A stretch of DNA of 64,000 nucleotides from Mustelus asterias (Eukaryota), in contig NC_135803.1 in NCBI RefSeq assembly GCF_964213995.1, positions 66,650,001-66,714,000 of the forward strand, given 5' to 3'. The stretch's first letter is position 1; the number at the start of each line of letters is the position of its first letter. The notes under the pieces are model-generated. The model was not told the origin of the DNA and made no database searches. It saw only the letters and a list, made by a program, of their open reading frames with translations. Position numbers and translations under genes: made by a program. This document shows, piece after piece, positions 38,811 to 51,611 of the stretch.

Positions 38811-39095
38811 CGTAATGTGCCCTTAAGGGATAGCAGAATGCTATTGTAGGAAAAGGGTGTTCGGCAGATCAAAGACTAATGTGGGCCTGGGGAACAGTAC
38901 TGCCCAGGGTATGATGTGGAGAGTCACATGATAGTTGACAGTTTGTGGAGTAGAGTCCGGAAGAATTGGAGACAGCACCCATTGCATGGCAGTACCTCGG
39001 ATGTGTATAAGGTTATAGGTTACTAATAAACAGTTTCTGCTCAACCATACAGGCCTCCAGATTGCTTAGTGAGTGGCCATGCAATATTTACAACA
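38811..39095 (+). mobile_element. Gypsy-like 5' LTR followed by PBS-like tgatgtcaatgaaggatg (39096-39113)
   Basis: (c)gtaatgtgcccttaag start, AATAAA at 39025-39030, ends ...tttacaaca; Gag-like frame ~1 kb downstream. Confidence 0.65.
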
Positions 39096-39323
39096 TGATG
39101 TCAATGAAGGATGGACCCTGAAGTCCCAGAAAAGCTGAAGTAGGAACCCAGAATCTCCAAGCAGAAAGAAGTATAGAAACTGAAGCCTGACCTGAGCTCA
39201 GAGCACCAAAATTGAAGATATAGTTGGATATTGCCTAAATTAAAAGCTCCTTTAGAGATGTGGAGGCTGAAGGACTACACCAGGTCACAAGGGGATCCAG
39301 TGCCAGACCCGATCAAAGACAGA

Positions 39324-39440
39324 GGCCGGAATTTTACTGCCACGGGACTCAGAGCGGGCGAGGAGTGGACGATGGAAAGGTCCGTTGACCTTGGGTGGGA
39401 TTTTACGGTTTTGGGATGTGTGAGGCCGTAAAATCCCGCT
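39324..39440. mobile_element. MITE, PIF/Harbinger-like
   Basis: TIRs ggccggaattttac / gtaaaatcccgct; inverted homolog of 29092-29218. Confidence 0.8.
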
Positions 39441-39760
39441 GAGGGTCAAGGAACCTGGCCAGATTAACAAAAAGCTGAACAAAATTCAAAAAAGGGAGAA
39501 AAAAAAGGCTGTAAAAGAAGAAACACTGTGCAGATTAAAAGAAGATTCAGAGTGGATGCAGAGTCATGCAACTTGGCCAAATCATAAGAAGGGTGAGCAT
39601 AATGCAGAAAAAAGCTGGCTATCTTTTAAAATAGTCAGCAATCAGAATCAGCACATCATGGGCACTGCTGCAAGAAAGCTGTCCACAGCTATCACTTTAA
39701 CATGTGGTGCCTGAGCTAGGCTGAAGGGGAAAACAATGTTTTATAAACTGCAGGCAGAGT

Positions 39761-39963
39761 AAAATAAATCCCTTTCTGTTGAGTCCCACACTTGAAGAAG
39801 CAAGTGGCTATCCCAAAACAACATGTTTTTGTCATTTCCTGGAGCAATGATTACTTTGAATGAAAAAAAATCCCTTTCTGTTGAGTTCCACACTTGAAGA
39901 AGCAAGTGGCTATCCCAAAACAGCATGTTTTGTCATTTCCTGGAGCAATGATTACTTTGAATG
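39761..39963 (+). repeat. Tandem duplication, 2 x ~102 bp
   Basis: 39761-39862 and 39863-39963 differ by only a few bases. Confidence 0.95.
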
Positions 39964-40107
39964 GTTAGGCTTGCAATCACAGTGAGAGCCCACGAAAACT
40001 GACAAGCACGGAAAGAGCAGAAAGAGAAATAAAGTAAAAATGGGAGCTGGGGAGCCAGAAGAGAAAACAAATTTAATGAGGTGCTCAACCTTTACAAAGA
40101 AATGGCC

Positions 40108-40380
40108 ATGGATCAAAAATGCAACTTACCAGATCAGTTTAGCCTAATTGCCGGGGCAAACCTAATGAAAAATCGAGTATCCTGGAGAACAGGATTTTTA
40201 AACTACTGGAGAACATCAGGGGTCAGTACGAAATCAGAAGAGGTACAGATTAATACCATTTTATAATCGTTTAGTGAACTTGCTGGTGAAGTAATCCTAA
40301 TGCAGTACATTGGTGAGCCCTCAACCAGCCTAGATGAAATATGAACAGCCTTTGATGAATGTATTAATCTTCAAATTCAA
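40108..40380 (+). pseudogene. Gypsy/Ty3 Gag N-terminus, two in-frame stops
   Basis: MDQKCNLPDQF...SWRTGFLNYWRTSGVSTKSEEVQINTIL*SFSELAGEVI...LDEI*TAFDECINL resembles Gypsy Gag WxxRFxRxRxASGLxxKSEExQVNTLxY. Confidence 0.65.
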
Positions 40381-40539
40381 GATTATGTGGATTTTAAAAA
40401 GAGGCAGAGTAAACCCCAGCAAAGCAACACACCAAAAACACAAGGGCATCAAAGAGGCACAGAACTTTCCGGAGGTCTCAGTTATCTATCTTTTTGGGGA
40501 GCCCAAGACAGAAGTCCCAAATGATTTTATTTTTGAAGA

Positions 40540-43500
40540 CACAGACATGTTTCCAGAACTGTGCCAGCAGCTGATAATGCATGACAAGAAGAAAGCCCTG
40601 CAGCAGGCAGAGCAAGAAAGAGCAAAATTAAAATCAAAAAATGTTTACATCAAAGCTGAATTGCAACATTTGAAGCACAAAATTCAAGCTGAGTATATAG
40701 CTTTGAAAATGGAAGTCTTCAATGTACCAAGCTGTTCAAGACCTGAACAAACAAATTGCAGAGACAGCACAAAGGTATGAGGGGGAAATAATGACCTCAA
40801 TTCCACAGTTAGCAAATCAAATTGCGAGTCTGGAAAATTCAACCAGATGCACATCCAGGTACAACAACAAGCAGAAAAGGCACTCAAAGAGGTTAGGGCC
40901 CTGAAAAACTCTTTGAAGAAGCAATACATAGCTATGAGGAGCTAAAAAGGATGTTGAATACTGCTTGAGCAAAAGCAACATTGGAGCTATCACTAGCAAC
41001 AAAGCAGTGTACTGAAGTGCAGTGTGAGTTGGCAAGAGGTCAATCGATTGTCCTTCAAGATCAAATGCAAAACAAATATGCAACCCTTCAGTAGAATAAA
41101 CTCAAGAAGAGTGTTGAACTACAATAACACTGAAGGCCTAACAACTGAGCTTTGCAAAGAAAATGAAAACCTGTTGAAGGAACTTTACATACTGCAAGGA
41201 TCCTTAGATCAAAGTTTGTTCCCCAGGAAAATTATGAAGAGAGGCAAAATTAATTTGATGTTACTCTGAATGAACCGAAGAACCAGCAGCGTTCTATATT
41301 TCAGGAGGAAGCCAAGAGGTATAAGAATCAAGGCTGAAGAGCTGGAGAACCAGCTGAATGGGAAAGAGGAGGCATTGAAGCTGCCAAACTTTCCAAACTG
41401 TGAATAAGATGAGACTTCGCTGGAGACAGACCTGGCCAACAGTGAAACCAAAATGAAGGAGAAGGGCAAAGCTTTGCCACAGACTGAGAAAATCAAGAAC
41501 TTAGAATGTCAAGAAAGAGCTGAACAGTTGCAAGGAAATGTAAAAGTTCTTACAAAAGAACACGAAGAGTCTCAGAAACAATTAACAGAAGTAAAATTAC
41601 AGGATGTGAGCGTGAAAGATAGCACAGATGAATTAGGCTCTGCGAAGGAAAACTGGTCTATGTGGTGAACCAGCTTTCACCTATGAAAGAGGGGTTTGCT
41701 AGTGTTAAATGAGAACTGATGAGAACACTGAAGAATTACTCGAAGGAGGCTGACTGCTTGAAATAGGATTTATAATGTCTAAAAATAAATTCAACTAAGA
41801 TAGATCTAAAGTTTGATACAGATGAACATATAGATTAGGAGCAGGAGTAGGCCATTCAATTTCACCCCCCACCCCTGCCCCCCCAACCTCCCGAGCCTGC
41901 TCTGCCATTCAATAAGATGATGCCTGGTCTGATTGTAACTTCAACCCCACATTCCTGCCTACCCCTAATAACCTTTCATCCCCTTGTTAATCAAGAATCT
42001 ACCCAGCACTGCCTTAAAATATTCAAAGATTCTGCTTCACTGCCTTTTGAGGAAGAGAGTTCCAGAAACTCATGACCCTCAGAAAAAGAATTTCTCCTCA
42101 TCTCCTTCTTAAATATGCCACCCCTTATTTTTCAAACAGTGACCTCTAGTTCTACATTCTTCAACAAGAGGAAATATCCTTTCCATGTCCATCCTGTCAA
42201 TACCCCTCAGGATCTTAAAGGTATTGGTCAAGTTGCCTCTTCCACTTCTAAACTCTAGTGGATACTAATCTAACCTCTCTAACCTTTCCTCATGAGATGG
42301 ATCGCCCATTCCTGCTATTAGTCTAGGAAACTCTCCCTGAACTGCTTCTAATGTGGAGACCAATACTATACACAATACTCCAGATGTGGTATCATCAATG
42401 TCCTGTACAACTAAAGCATAACCTCCCTACTTTTGTAATCAATTCCCCTCTCAATAAATGGTAACAGTCCAATAGCTTTCCTAACTACTTGCTGTACCCA
42501 TATACTAGCCTTTAGTGATTCATGCAACAAGATGCCCCAGATCCATCTGCACCTCAGAGGTCTGCAATCCCCCATGATTTAGATAATAAGCTTCTTTTTT
42601 ATTCATCCTGCCAAAATAGACAATTTCACATTTGCCCACATTGTACTCTACCAGTTTCTGCCCACTCACTTAAACCTATGTCCCTTTGTATCTATTTGCA
42701 CCCTCTTCACAATGTAATCAGCAAATTTAGCAATCAGCACTGATCCCTGTGGCACACCACACCTCACATCCTACCAACCAGAAAAAGATCCATCTATGCC
42801 AACTCTGCTTACTGTTAGCTAGCCAACCTTCATTCCATGCCAATGTGTTACCCCCTCCTCCATGAGCTTGCAATAACCTTTGTAGTGGCATCTTAACAAT
42901 TGCCTTCTGGAAATCTAAGTACAGTTCGTCCACTGGTTCCCCTTTATCCACAGCATATATGATTCCTTCAAAGAACTGGTCAAAGAGATTGGTACACTCT
43001 TATGATGAACTTTAAGCATCAGAAGTCTTTTCCAGGCATTGTGAAAAAGGCCTGAAACAGGAGAAAGTATTGCTGATAGATCAGAAAAGTTGATTAAATG
43101 TTATATTAAAAGATCAATGAAATTTTTGAATTTTGATCCAATCTGAAGAACATGAAAGATGAGATGTGGAGAATGGAGGAGCCAATCCAGGCATTAAAAG
43201 TAGGAAAGGAAGATTGAAAGAGATCGACTATCTATCAAGTGATTTAGAAGAATCTAAGGAGCAGTTAGAAACTATGGAAGAAAGACTCCGAAAGGAGCTG
43301 AGACGCAGGTGAAATTGTTATAATTGTGTATAAGGATTTTACAGATGACTCTGAAACAATGACAATTGAACTCAGCAGAATAGTTGCTGAGTTGAAGAAA
43401 AAGGTTCATTGGCTTGAAAAAGTACCGGAAAATAAAAGAGAAAACAAATATTTGGCTGAAATTGTGCAATGTGTGAAATTGGAGGTTCCATATTTGAAAT

Positions 43501-43560
43501 GTTGTCATGACATCAACATGGTACATCGCACAGAAAAATAAATTCCAAATCCATTCTGGG
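40540..43560 (+). pseudogene. Decayed long coiled-coil reading frame inside the LTR element, split by CR1 41824-42977
   Basis: E/K/Q/L-rich heptad segments across frames: KKALQQAEQERAKLKSK, EEAKRYKNQAEELENQLNGKEEALK, RAEQLQGNVKVLTKEHEESQKQLTEVKL, ELSRIVAELKKKVHWLEK. Confidence 0.65.
41824..42977 (-). mobile_element. 5'-truncated decayed CR1 LINE
   Basis: DKGEPVDELYLDFQKA; 3' UTR ggagcaggagtaggccattc as at 58625. Confidence 0.9.
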
Positions 43561-44919
43561 AATAAATGGAGCACACATTCCCTTGGGAAGGAACAGGGCA
43601 AACCCACAGGAAGTGTGTCCTGCCTCAGAGCTGCCTGCCAACCAGAGGACTTGCAGCTCTCCAGTCCCAGTCATGCTGCTGGGGGCAGTGACTGCTGCCG
43701 GGACTGCAGGCAGCCCCTCAGAGGGGCAGAGGCCAGACTGCGAGGTAAGTGGGGCAGTCAGGCAGGCTCTAGAAGGGTGGTGGGGCCAACAAATGGGAGG
43801 TCAGGGAGAGCAGGAACTAGCAAGGATTGCGATTGCTTCTGGAGGTTGCGGGGGAAGGGGCGCTCCGTTTGGGTACAAGGTGTCTAAACAGGAAGGTTCC
43901 CTCCCGCCCATCCAGCCCTAGCGAGATCTCCACATGATGTTGACACCTAACCTGGTAAAATACCAGCAGCTGTGGGAGGAGGACCAAAATAGCTATTAAT
44001 TTGCCCTAGGGCGAGGTAATAAAACTCTGACCAATATGTTCCTTTCCTCCAATGGATTATCATGGCTGTCGAGTCATACAAACTTCTTTTGTACTAATAA
44101 GTACAATACGTAGAGTAAGGGTTCATTTTATCACATCACAATTTCGGACTTCACTCTTCTGGTGAAAGTGATTGATACACTCTTACGATTGACTGCTTGG
44201 TTGGATCGAAAAGCCATTCCTGTTGCATGATCTTTGCACAGAACGAGGAGGGAAATCATTCGAGAAGGGGTTAACCTGTGCCAGTCTCACGTCCAGGTAC
44301 CTGTTTATAAATAAATAAGCATTGCCGAGGCAAAGTCCCCCAGTCAGCAATGGCTTCAATATCGCATTCCTCAGCAGTACTGATCCCAAAGGACATGGCT
44401 GAAGCATTTTCACATTCCCTTCTGTCATAATCAATTTCAGATCGAGCTCCAGAATGACAGCAGAGACAGTACCTGTCAGCCAACAGTCTGCTGCCCTTAA
44501 TAACCTTTCAGCGGAAGGGACTTCTTTACACTTTCAGATTCCTATCACACTTTAGTCGGATGGGGAAATGGTGTCCAGAAAAATGTTTATATCTATTTTC
44601 CTTTGCAGCTAATTGTGCCAAAAGCGATATGGTAACTAAGACACAAACATATACCTGAAGTCCTTTTGTTCAATTCTACCTGTCCAAGATCATTACCTCT
44701 TCAACTAGCTCAAGGATCATCTATTCACACAATTCTTCTGGAGGTCAGAACAATATTAAAATTACATACAAGTTAAAACTATTTGACAACTTTTGTACCC
44801 TCCAATCAATTATTTCAGCAATAATTGCAGGTATGGCAAAGTAACAAGGCCAAAAAAATGGACGGTGGACTGGAGAAGAGCAATGCATGAACTAGTTAAA
44901 GCACCAACTTGTAGAAGTG

Positions 44920-45092
44920 GGCATAAAATACTGCAGATAGTGGAATCTAAAATGAAAAGAATAAATGCTGGAAATCGACAGCAGATTCTGATGCTAGGTC
45001 ACAGATTTGAAATGTTAACTCTGTTCCTCTCTCCATACATGCTGCCGGACATGTTTAGAATTTGGAGTACTTTGCAGTACTTTCTGTTTCTT
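44920..45092. mobile_element. Inverted PLE-type termini (second family) with decayed HHR
   Basis: aaaatactgcagat...atgctggaaat, then tt-CTGATGC-taggtcacagattt-GAAA-tg-TT-aactctg. Confidence 0.6.
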
Positions 45093-45315
45093 TTTCATCT
45101 AGTGGATCACAGCAGACTCACACATGATCTCTTCATTACTTCCAAATCATTAAATACATTAGAGCACAGCGCATCACTGATGGAGATGTCTTCTATGAAA
45201 TACATTTTCAACATGGCTACTGAAAAGTCACAATTCATACTCTTTTTGACAGGAGGCAGAGCAACAGAGATCATGAAGTATGCAAATAATTCAGAGAAAT
45301 ACCTTTTATGGTAGT

Positions 45316-45622
45316 TTTAGTTCATTTATTAGTGTCACAAGTAGGCTTACATTAACACTGCAATGAAGTTACTGTGAAAATCCCCTCGTCCCCATACTCC
45401 GGCACCTGCTCGGGTACCCTGAGGGAGAATTTAGCATGGCCAATGCACCTAACCAACACATCTTTCGGACTGTGGAAGGAAACCGGAGCACCTGGAGTAA
45501 ACCCACACAGACACGAGGAGAATGTGCAGACTCCGCACAGACAGTGACCCAAGCCGGGAATCGAACCCAGATCCCTGGGAGTGTGAGACAGCAGTGCTAA
45601 CCACTGTGCCACCTTGCCGCCC
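45316..45622 (-). mobile_element. V-SINE, alternative tail
   Basis: Full head, V-domain and tail. Confidence 0.95.
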
Positions 45623-45959
45623 AGATTGAGGATCTGGAACAGAAAATGTTTATTTTGTGTGTCAAAATATACTGTAAAGTATATTGCATATACTGTAAAG
45701 TGATACTAGTCTTTTTACCAATATTTATTCAGCCCAGGGAGCATAATAAAGTTAAGAAACACTATTACGGTCCTGTATTTCACAACCGTAAGCTATCTCA
45801 AAGCACTTTTTAGCCTTTGGAATATGTTTATTGAAGGATAGTCACTGTTGCTCTTTTGGTTTGTTCTGGGTTTAGTTGGGGATTGACAAATGCACTTTTG
45901 AACAATAGGCCCCTTCCAGTCATGTGTGCAAGAGTTTCATTTGCTGCCTTGTGTCTCAC

Positions 45960-47050
45960 ATGTTTCACATGAACACTGACAAAACCAAGCTCTTCTTCAC
46001 TACCATCTCTCTCAAACTCCTTTGTATCTGAATTGTCAAACTGTTTGTCTCGTGCTCAGTGCTGCTGGAGCATAAATATCTTCCAACTAGAAAGACCAAA
46101 GGTATTGTTTTCAACACTCACTCTAATTTTCAATCCTTTGCCAGTGACTGCCCTCCTATTCTCTGCCAACTCTTTCAGGCTGAAACAACTATTTGCCACC
46201 TTAGTGACATATTTAATTCCAAGGGGAGCTTCCAGCTATGTACCCATGCTGTCCCTATGACCTCCTATTTGCACCTCCGTAACATCACTTTACTCTGCCT
46301 TGCTTCAACTCACCTGATGCTGAAACCTTTATCCATTACTTTGTTAGCTCAAGACATGAAAATCCCAATGTCCTCCTGTTCAGCCTCCTATCTTGTAACC
46401 TCCTTGAAGTGCTCTCCTGGCCAACTTCTAATTTACACCAAGTCCCCTTTACCCATTGCACCCATGTTATGAACACTATGATGAATGATAATATTGAAAC
46501 AACGAACACTGAATCATCAACAGTTCTGAAGATCCAATTTCCATGATTGGCTCCATTTTGAATGAGAATGCGGATATTTTGTTGAAAATTAACCTTCTTG
46601 GCAAGATAGAACTTGCTACACTGACACACTGCTGAGCATCTTTAGAATTATCAACATGTTTTCAGATGTCTCCATGCCATGCCCCTTCCCATCTCTGTAA
46701 TTTTCTCTAGCCCTACAACACTCCTAGATACCTGTGTTTCTCCGTCCTGGCCTCCTGCACAACCCCAACTTTACTCACTCCACCATTGGTTGCTGGTTCT
46801 GTCTTCAGCTGCTGAGACCTTTGGTATTCTCGAAACATCTTCATTTCTCTGCCTCCCTTTCCTCCTTTAAGACACTCCTTAAGGTTCAACTCTTTGACCA
46901 AACGTTTGGTAATTTGTCCGAATATCCACTGTCCTTTCATGACTTGGCATCAACTTTTGTTTGAAGCCCTTCCCCCTTTGAAAGATTGTGGAATATTTTG
47001 CTACATTTGAAGGCAAGTCCCAGTTCTTATAATGCAAGAAATGCAGTAGT
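45960..47050 (+). mobile_element. Decayed L2 LINE fragments
   Basis: cacctccgtaacatc, gatgctgaaacc.ttatccat, cctcctttaagacactccttaa.....ctctttgaccaa. Confidence 0.7.
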
Positions 47051-47094
47051 AAATTTCCACACAACTGGGTCTCTGAATAACTAGACAATCATTC

Positions 47095-47290
47095 ATAAAT
47101 GATGTTGGTTGAGGGACAAATATTGGTTAGGGCACCAGGAAAACTCTTCTACTCAGTGCCACTTCCACTTGGGAAGACTCAATGCAGCACTGCCGCAGCA
47201 CCATATTGGATTTTGTGTTCAGGTCTCGTGACTTGGGTTTAAATTCACCAGCTTCTGACTAGGAGGCAACACCGCTGCTACAGAGCCAAG
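47095..47290 (-). mobile_element. Old tRNA/Deu-domain-type SINE remnant
   Basis: gatgttggttgagggacaaatattgg...caccagg; head cttctgactaggaggc, similar to 31135-31215 (+). Confidence 0.5.
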
Positions 47291-48230
47291 ATATGCACGA
47301 TGTAAAATATAACATTGGCACTGCTGTTGAGAGAGAGCGAGAGAGACAGAACCTGCAAAGAGAAATATTGCCCACAAGTGTTTTTTCCACTCAGTGCTAC
47401 ACTCTTCAGAACGAATCGCTTAGAGATAATAGATGGATGGTAATGACATACAATGTTGTGATTTAAACGACAGAATAAATCAAAAAAGTCAAGCTTGAGT
47501 AATTTACAAAGATCAGTGGAACTGAGTTTGAATTACAGCTGCAGATTAATTGGTTATTTTTTTTGTCGTACACAAATTCCTGTGGGATTTCTTTGCACAG
47601 AAAATGATAAAGACAATGTGAAGGGAAAAACAATGGTATTGGCACAAGGCCTGAAAACATGCTGCATCAAATGACTGGCAACACTGTAATGCAGCATCAC
47701 TTCAATCTACAAATGATGAGCAGAATGAAAGTTACATTCATATTCTGGAAAGAGATATGTACAACTAGGATGACCTGGCCTAACCTCATTGGGCGTTGTG
47801 ATCCCCTGCCCTCTCAGGCCATTGGCTAAAAGCCAGAGAACATTCGAAGAAGGGAAGGGGGTAAAAACAGCCATATTCAATACAAACACCTGCGAAGTCT
47901 CCACAAAACCAACTGTGACCTGGGACGACACAAGAGGGTGAGCGAGATCCATCTTCGTGCTAAGGGGACCCTGAGTTCATCTGTCACCATGAGTTCAGTG
48001 AATTGAATCCAACAGCCCAATCGCTTTCTCCAGACCGGGTAATAGCTATTTCTCAGGCAATTAGCCTAACTTGGGAAAAATTAACTTAATTTATTATGCA
48101 AGAATGGTTTCTTTAACCTGAGTGTTTTTAATAAAATTAAGTTTGAACCACAGTCCTTTGTCTGTCTCACAAAGGAAAAGCACTTGAGTAAATGTGTAAT
48201 AAACCAGCGGAAGCGTCTGTATAGAAGATT

Positions 48231-48395
48231 CCACATACAACATTTGGGTTTGGAGTCAAGTGTTGGCCAGAACAGATAGAGAAAGTAGATTTCCTTCCTT
48301 GAAGGACATAGGTGAACCAGATGAGTTTTTACAACAATTGATGATAGCTGGTTGCCATGGTCACTATTACCAAGACTGGCTTTATGTTCCAGATT
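48231..48395 (-). mobile_element. SINE family B remnant
   Basis: agatttccttccttgaaggacataggtgaaccagatg matches the junction sequence of 961-1621. Confidence 0.75.
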
Positions 48396-49094
48396 TAGAA
48401 CAATGTCAGTATCTACTCCTATTTTACTATTGAAAACGTATAATCAGTAGCCACTTCTAGGCTCAGCTTCTGAAGCCTCCTCTATGTCTACATCTACAAA
48501 ATACAGTTCATCCGCAGCATTGACACACATACCTTTTCCTATTTACATTCAGCTCGTGCACCCCGTTCTTGCTAATACCAGTGGCCTCCTTCTCCCACAG
48601 CCACATTTATTCTCAAGTAAGTGCTGTTGTTTATAGATCCTTCCACTGCACATTACTGCAGCTCCTCCACCCCTGCACCCCAACACACACTACCTGACTT
48701 TGTGACATTGGCATTCTGAGCATTACCATCACTTCATCATTAGCAGGTCATCACTATCCAACACTTTGGAAAACTCTGCACTCTCAATGCATCTCTTCCA
48801 CCGCACTCAAAACCTTCCTTTTGTCTGCCTCCATTAATTGCCTCCAAAACTTCTGCTTGTTGCCTCAAATCCTTGAGATAGAGAGTTTTGAACATTCTGC
48901 TAAATTAACGATATTACCCAAGTTAAAGTTGTCCTTTAATCTCAAATCTGTTCATGAAGATCCAGGCTTCTTGAAAATAGTTATTCTTTTTCTTCCCTAT
49001 ATTCCGTTGACTCTGTCCCTGCATCTTTCACCCCATGTTAAAGAGCAACAGCCCACCAGGATGAACAAGGCAAAAAAAAGAAGCACCTAAAAGA

Positions 49095-49470
49095 AACAAA
49101 ATACCACCGATGCTGGAATCTGAAACAAGATCAGAGGACGCTGGAAAAACTCAACAGGTCTGCCAGCATCTATTAGGAGAGAAACAGTTAACATTTCGAG
49201 TCTTTTGACTCTTCATCAGGACTGAAGGGAGATAAACTGCAACAAAAACAAGGGAAAAAAGACACTCGCTGGGGTTTTCTGCCTGCCAAATATTTAGTCA
49301 ATAAAAGCATAATGTTGCAGATGCTGGAAATCTGAAATAAAAAGAGCAAATGCTGGAAAATCGCAGCAGGTCTCGTGGCATTTGTGGAGAGAGAAACAGA
49401 GTTAATGTTTTGCATCCAATGACTTTTCTTCCAAAAAAAGAGGTCATTGAACTCAAAACATTAACAATGT
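49095..49470. mobile_element. Two PLE-type terminal units (second family); HHR motif on - at 49185-49224
   Basis: Minus: cagtc-CUGAUGA-a-gagtc(aaaa)gactc-GAAA-ug-UU-aactg; second unit 49305-49470 is partly palindromic. Confidence 0.7.
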
Positions 49471-50529
49471 TCAACAAATGTTTGTTCTAATTTGGTACAA
49501 TAAAAGTGTTAGAACGTTAAATCTTGTTGCGTTATTCCTTCCGTCAGTCGCTGGAAATTCATACCTCATTTTATTAGTTAACGACCTCTATGAGGATTGT
49601 AACACCAGCAACTGACAAAGGCCTTGTTTTGTGCATTGACATTCCTAATTTGGCACTTTCTAATTGGATTCCAATGCCGAGCGCACGGATCTGATCCCTT
49701 CTTCTTCACACACTTTAAACATCCCAGATTTAAAAATCATTTCTTAATCTGACACCTTATTATCTTCACAGTACCTGTGGAGTATTAGCATCCCTCACTT
49801 AGAGTGTGATAAATGTTTGGATCTAATCTACCAAGAAAGGTAATGAAGATGAAAAAATTGGAGTTAAATGTAATTAGATAGCATAGTGAGAAAGTTAATG
49901 CCCCAGATAGATAAGCTTCAGTGAGCCAAATGGCCATTCGCAGCTCAGTTTTTCTCATGTCTCTGACTATATTTGTGTACATCAGACATTATCAATTCCT
50001 GCAGCTCTGTAAGCACTGTAAACATAACATCCAATTCTCAACTGAACAAGGTGTACACTGCAGAATTTAGTCCAAAACATGTGGACTGATTACCACATAT
50101 CCAATAGAGTCCTTCATTGAAATTTTAAAAAGAGACCAGCGAGGTGTTATTGGAAATTGCCAGAGGGGAACGCTATCAACAAGGCAGCAATGCTGTTGGG
50201 TAAGAGCGAGACATTCAGGGTGAGGAAGCAGCATTGAGAGCAAGGGAGCCAGTTGAAAAATGAGGCAGCAATGGTGCAGGTGAAAGAGACAGGCTGAGGG
50301 CAAGGTCACAGCACTGTGTGAGAGAGGAACATTGCAGGTTGGCACGGTCACTGTGGGTTAGGGGAAAAAATGGGTAGAAAAGAGTCAGCGAGCAATTGCA
50401 TTGGTAAGACATGCATGCTGGAGTAAGCATTAAGAGAGTAACAATGTGGATGAGATTAAGCGAGTTATGGTGTGGGGTAAGACATCTGTGCCATGGGTGA
50501 GTGTTGATGGGGTTTTCGAGGTGGCCGGG

Positions 50530-51611
50530 TATCGCTGAAACTTCAGTCAATACAAAGACTCATGAAAGCTAGTGCCCCAGTTTAAAGACGTGTCTTTTAT
50601 TTGACCAGCGATCGCAGGAAGAAATCACCAAAGAGTTTTAGGCCTCTCCAGACATCAAGCAGCCTGACCTCTCCAATGAATTCTGACATATACAGTTCAA
50701 GATAGATCAATTATACATTTTTCTTATCAAATTCTCCCCCCTTTCATTAGCTTTGAATCAATCATCTTCAATATACCTAAATCATTAATAACACCTGTCA
50801 ATGGGGAGGCGATGGCCTAGTGGTATTATCGCAAGATTATTAATCCAGAAACTCAGCTAATGTTCTGGGGATCCGGGATCGAATCCCACCATGACAGGTG
50901 GTGGAATTTGAATTCAATAAAAATAATATCCGGAATTGAGAATCTACTGATGACCATGAAACCATTGTCGTTTGTTGGAAAAACCCATCTGGTTCACTAA
51001 GGTCCTTCAGGGAAGGAAATCTGCCGTCCTTACCTGGTCTGACCTACATGTGATTCCAGAGCCACAGCAATACGATTGACTCTCAACTGTCCTCGGGCAA
51101 CTAGGGATGGGCAATAAATGCTGGCCAGCCAGTGATGCCCACAATTGAATAAAAAATATATGCCTTAGCCAATTGCACCTTGCCCTCTGGCATAATGGTA
51201 TTTCATTAGTCCGTACAATCCAGACGTATCCTCCCCTTTTGGCTAACTCAGCCTCCTGTATCACTTAGCAACCAGATGCCTGGCCACTAAATTCAAAGTT
51301 AACATTCCCACAGGTTCCTCTCCAGGTCATTGCCAAACCATGATCCCGTATCCGGGCAAGTATCCATCTTATCTGGACAGTGAATAATTCTATTCATAAG
51401 CAGTCCTGAGAGCCTTACTGCTAGCAATTCCCGTAGATAAGAACCTGCACATTCTGAGATTTCATTGTTTCCTAAGAGTGTGGTTCTGTCTGAAAGTCCC
51501 CACACCGTCAGGTCTTGCAGCAACATGCTCTTGGCCAAAGTGCACAATCGCTTTATAAAAATACAGTTAACACATTTAAAATATCAAAATATGCATTTAA
51601 ATCATAATCAC
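50530..51611 (-). mobile_element. Possible solo ERV-like LTR interrupted by a SINE
   Basis: AATAAAA on - near 50596, non-coding, LTR-like layout; termini degenerate and no TSD confirmed. Confidence 0.4.
50803..51156 (+). mobile_element. tRNA-derived SINE (family B), full length
   Basis: A box tggcctagtgg, B box ggatcgaatcc, tail gggcaactagggatgggcaataaatgctggcc, A-rich end. Confidence 0.9.

Noticed and set aside
44793-45314. 173-aa ORF
   Set aside because: Non-ATG start, crosses a PLE-terminus repeat, no recognisable domain
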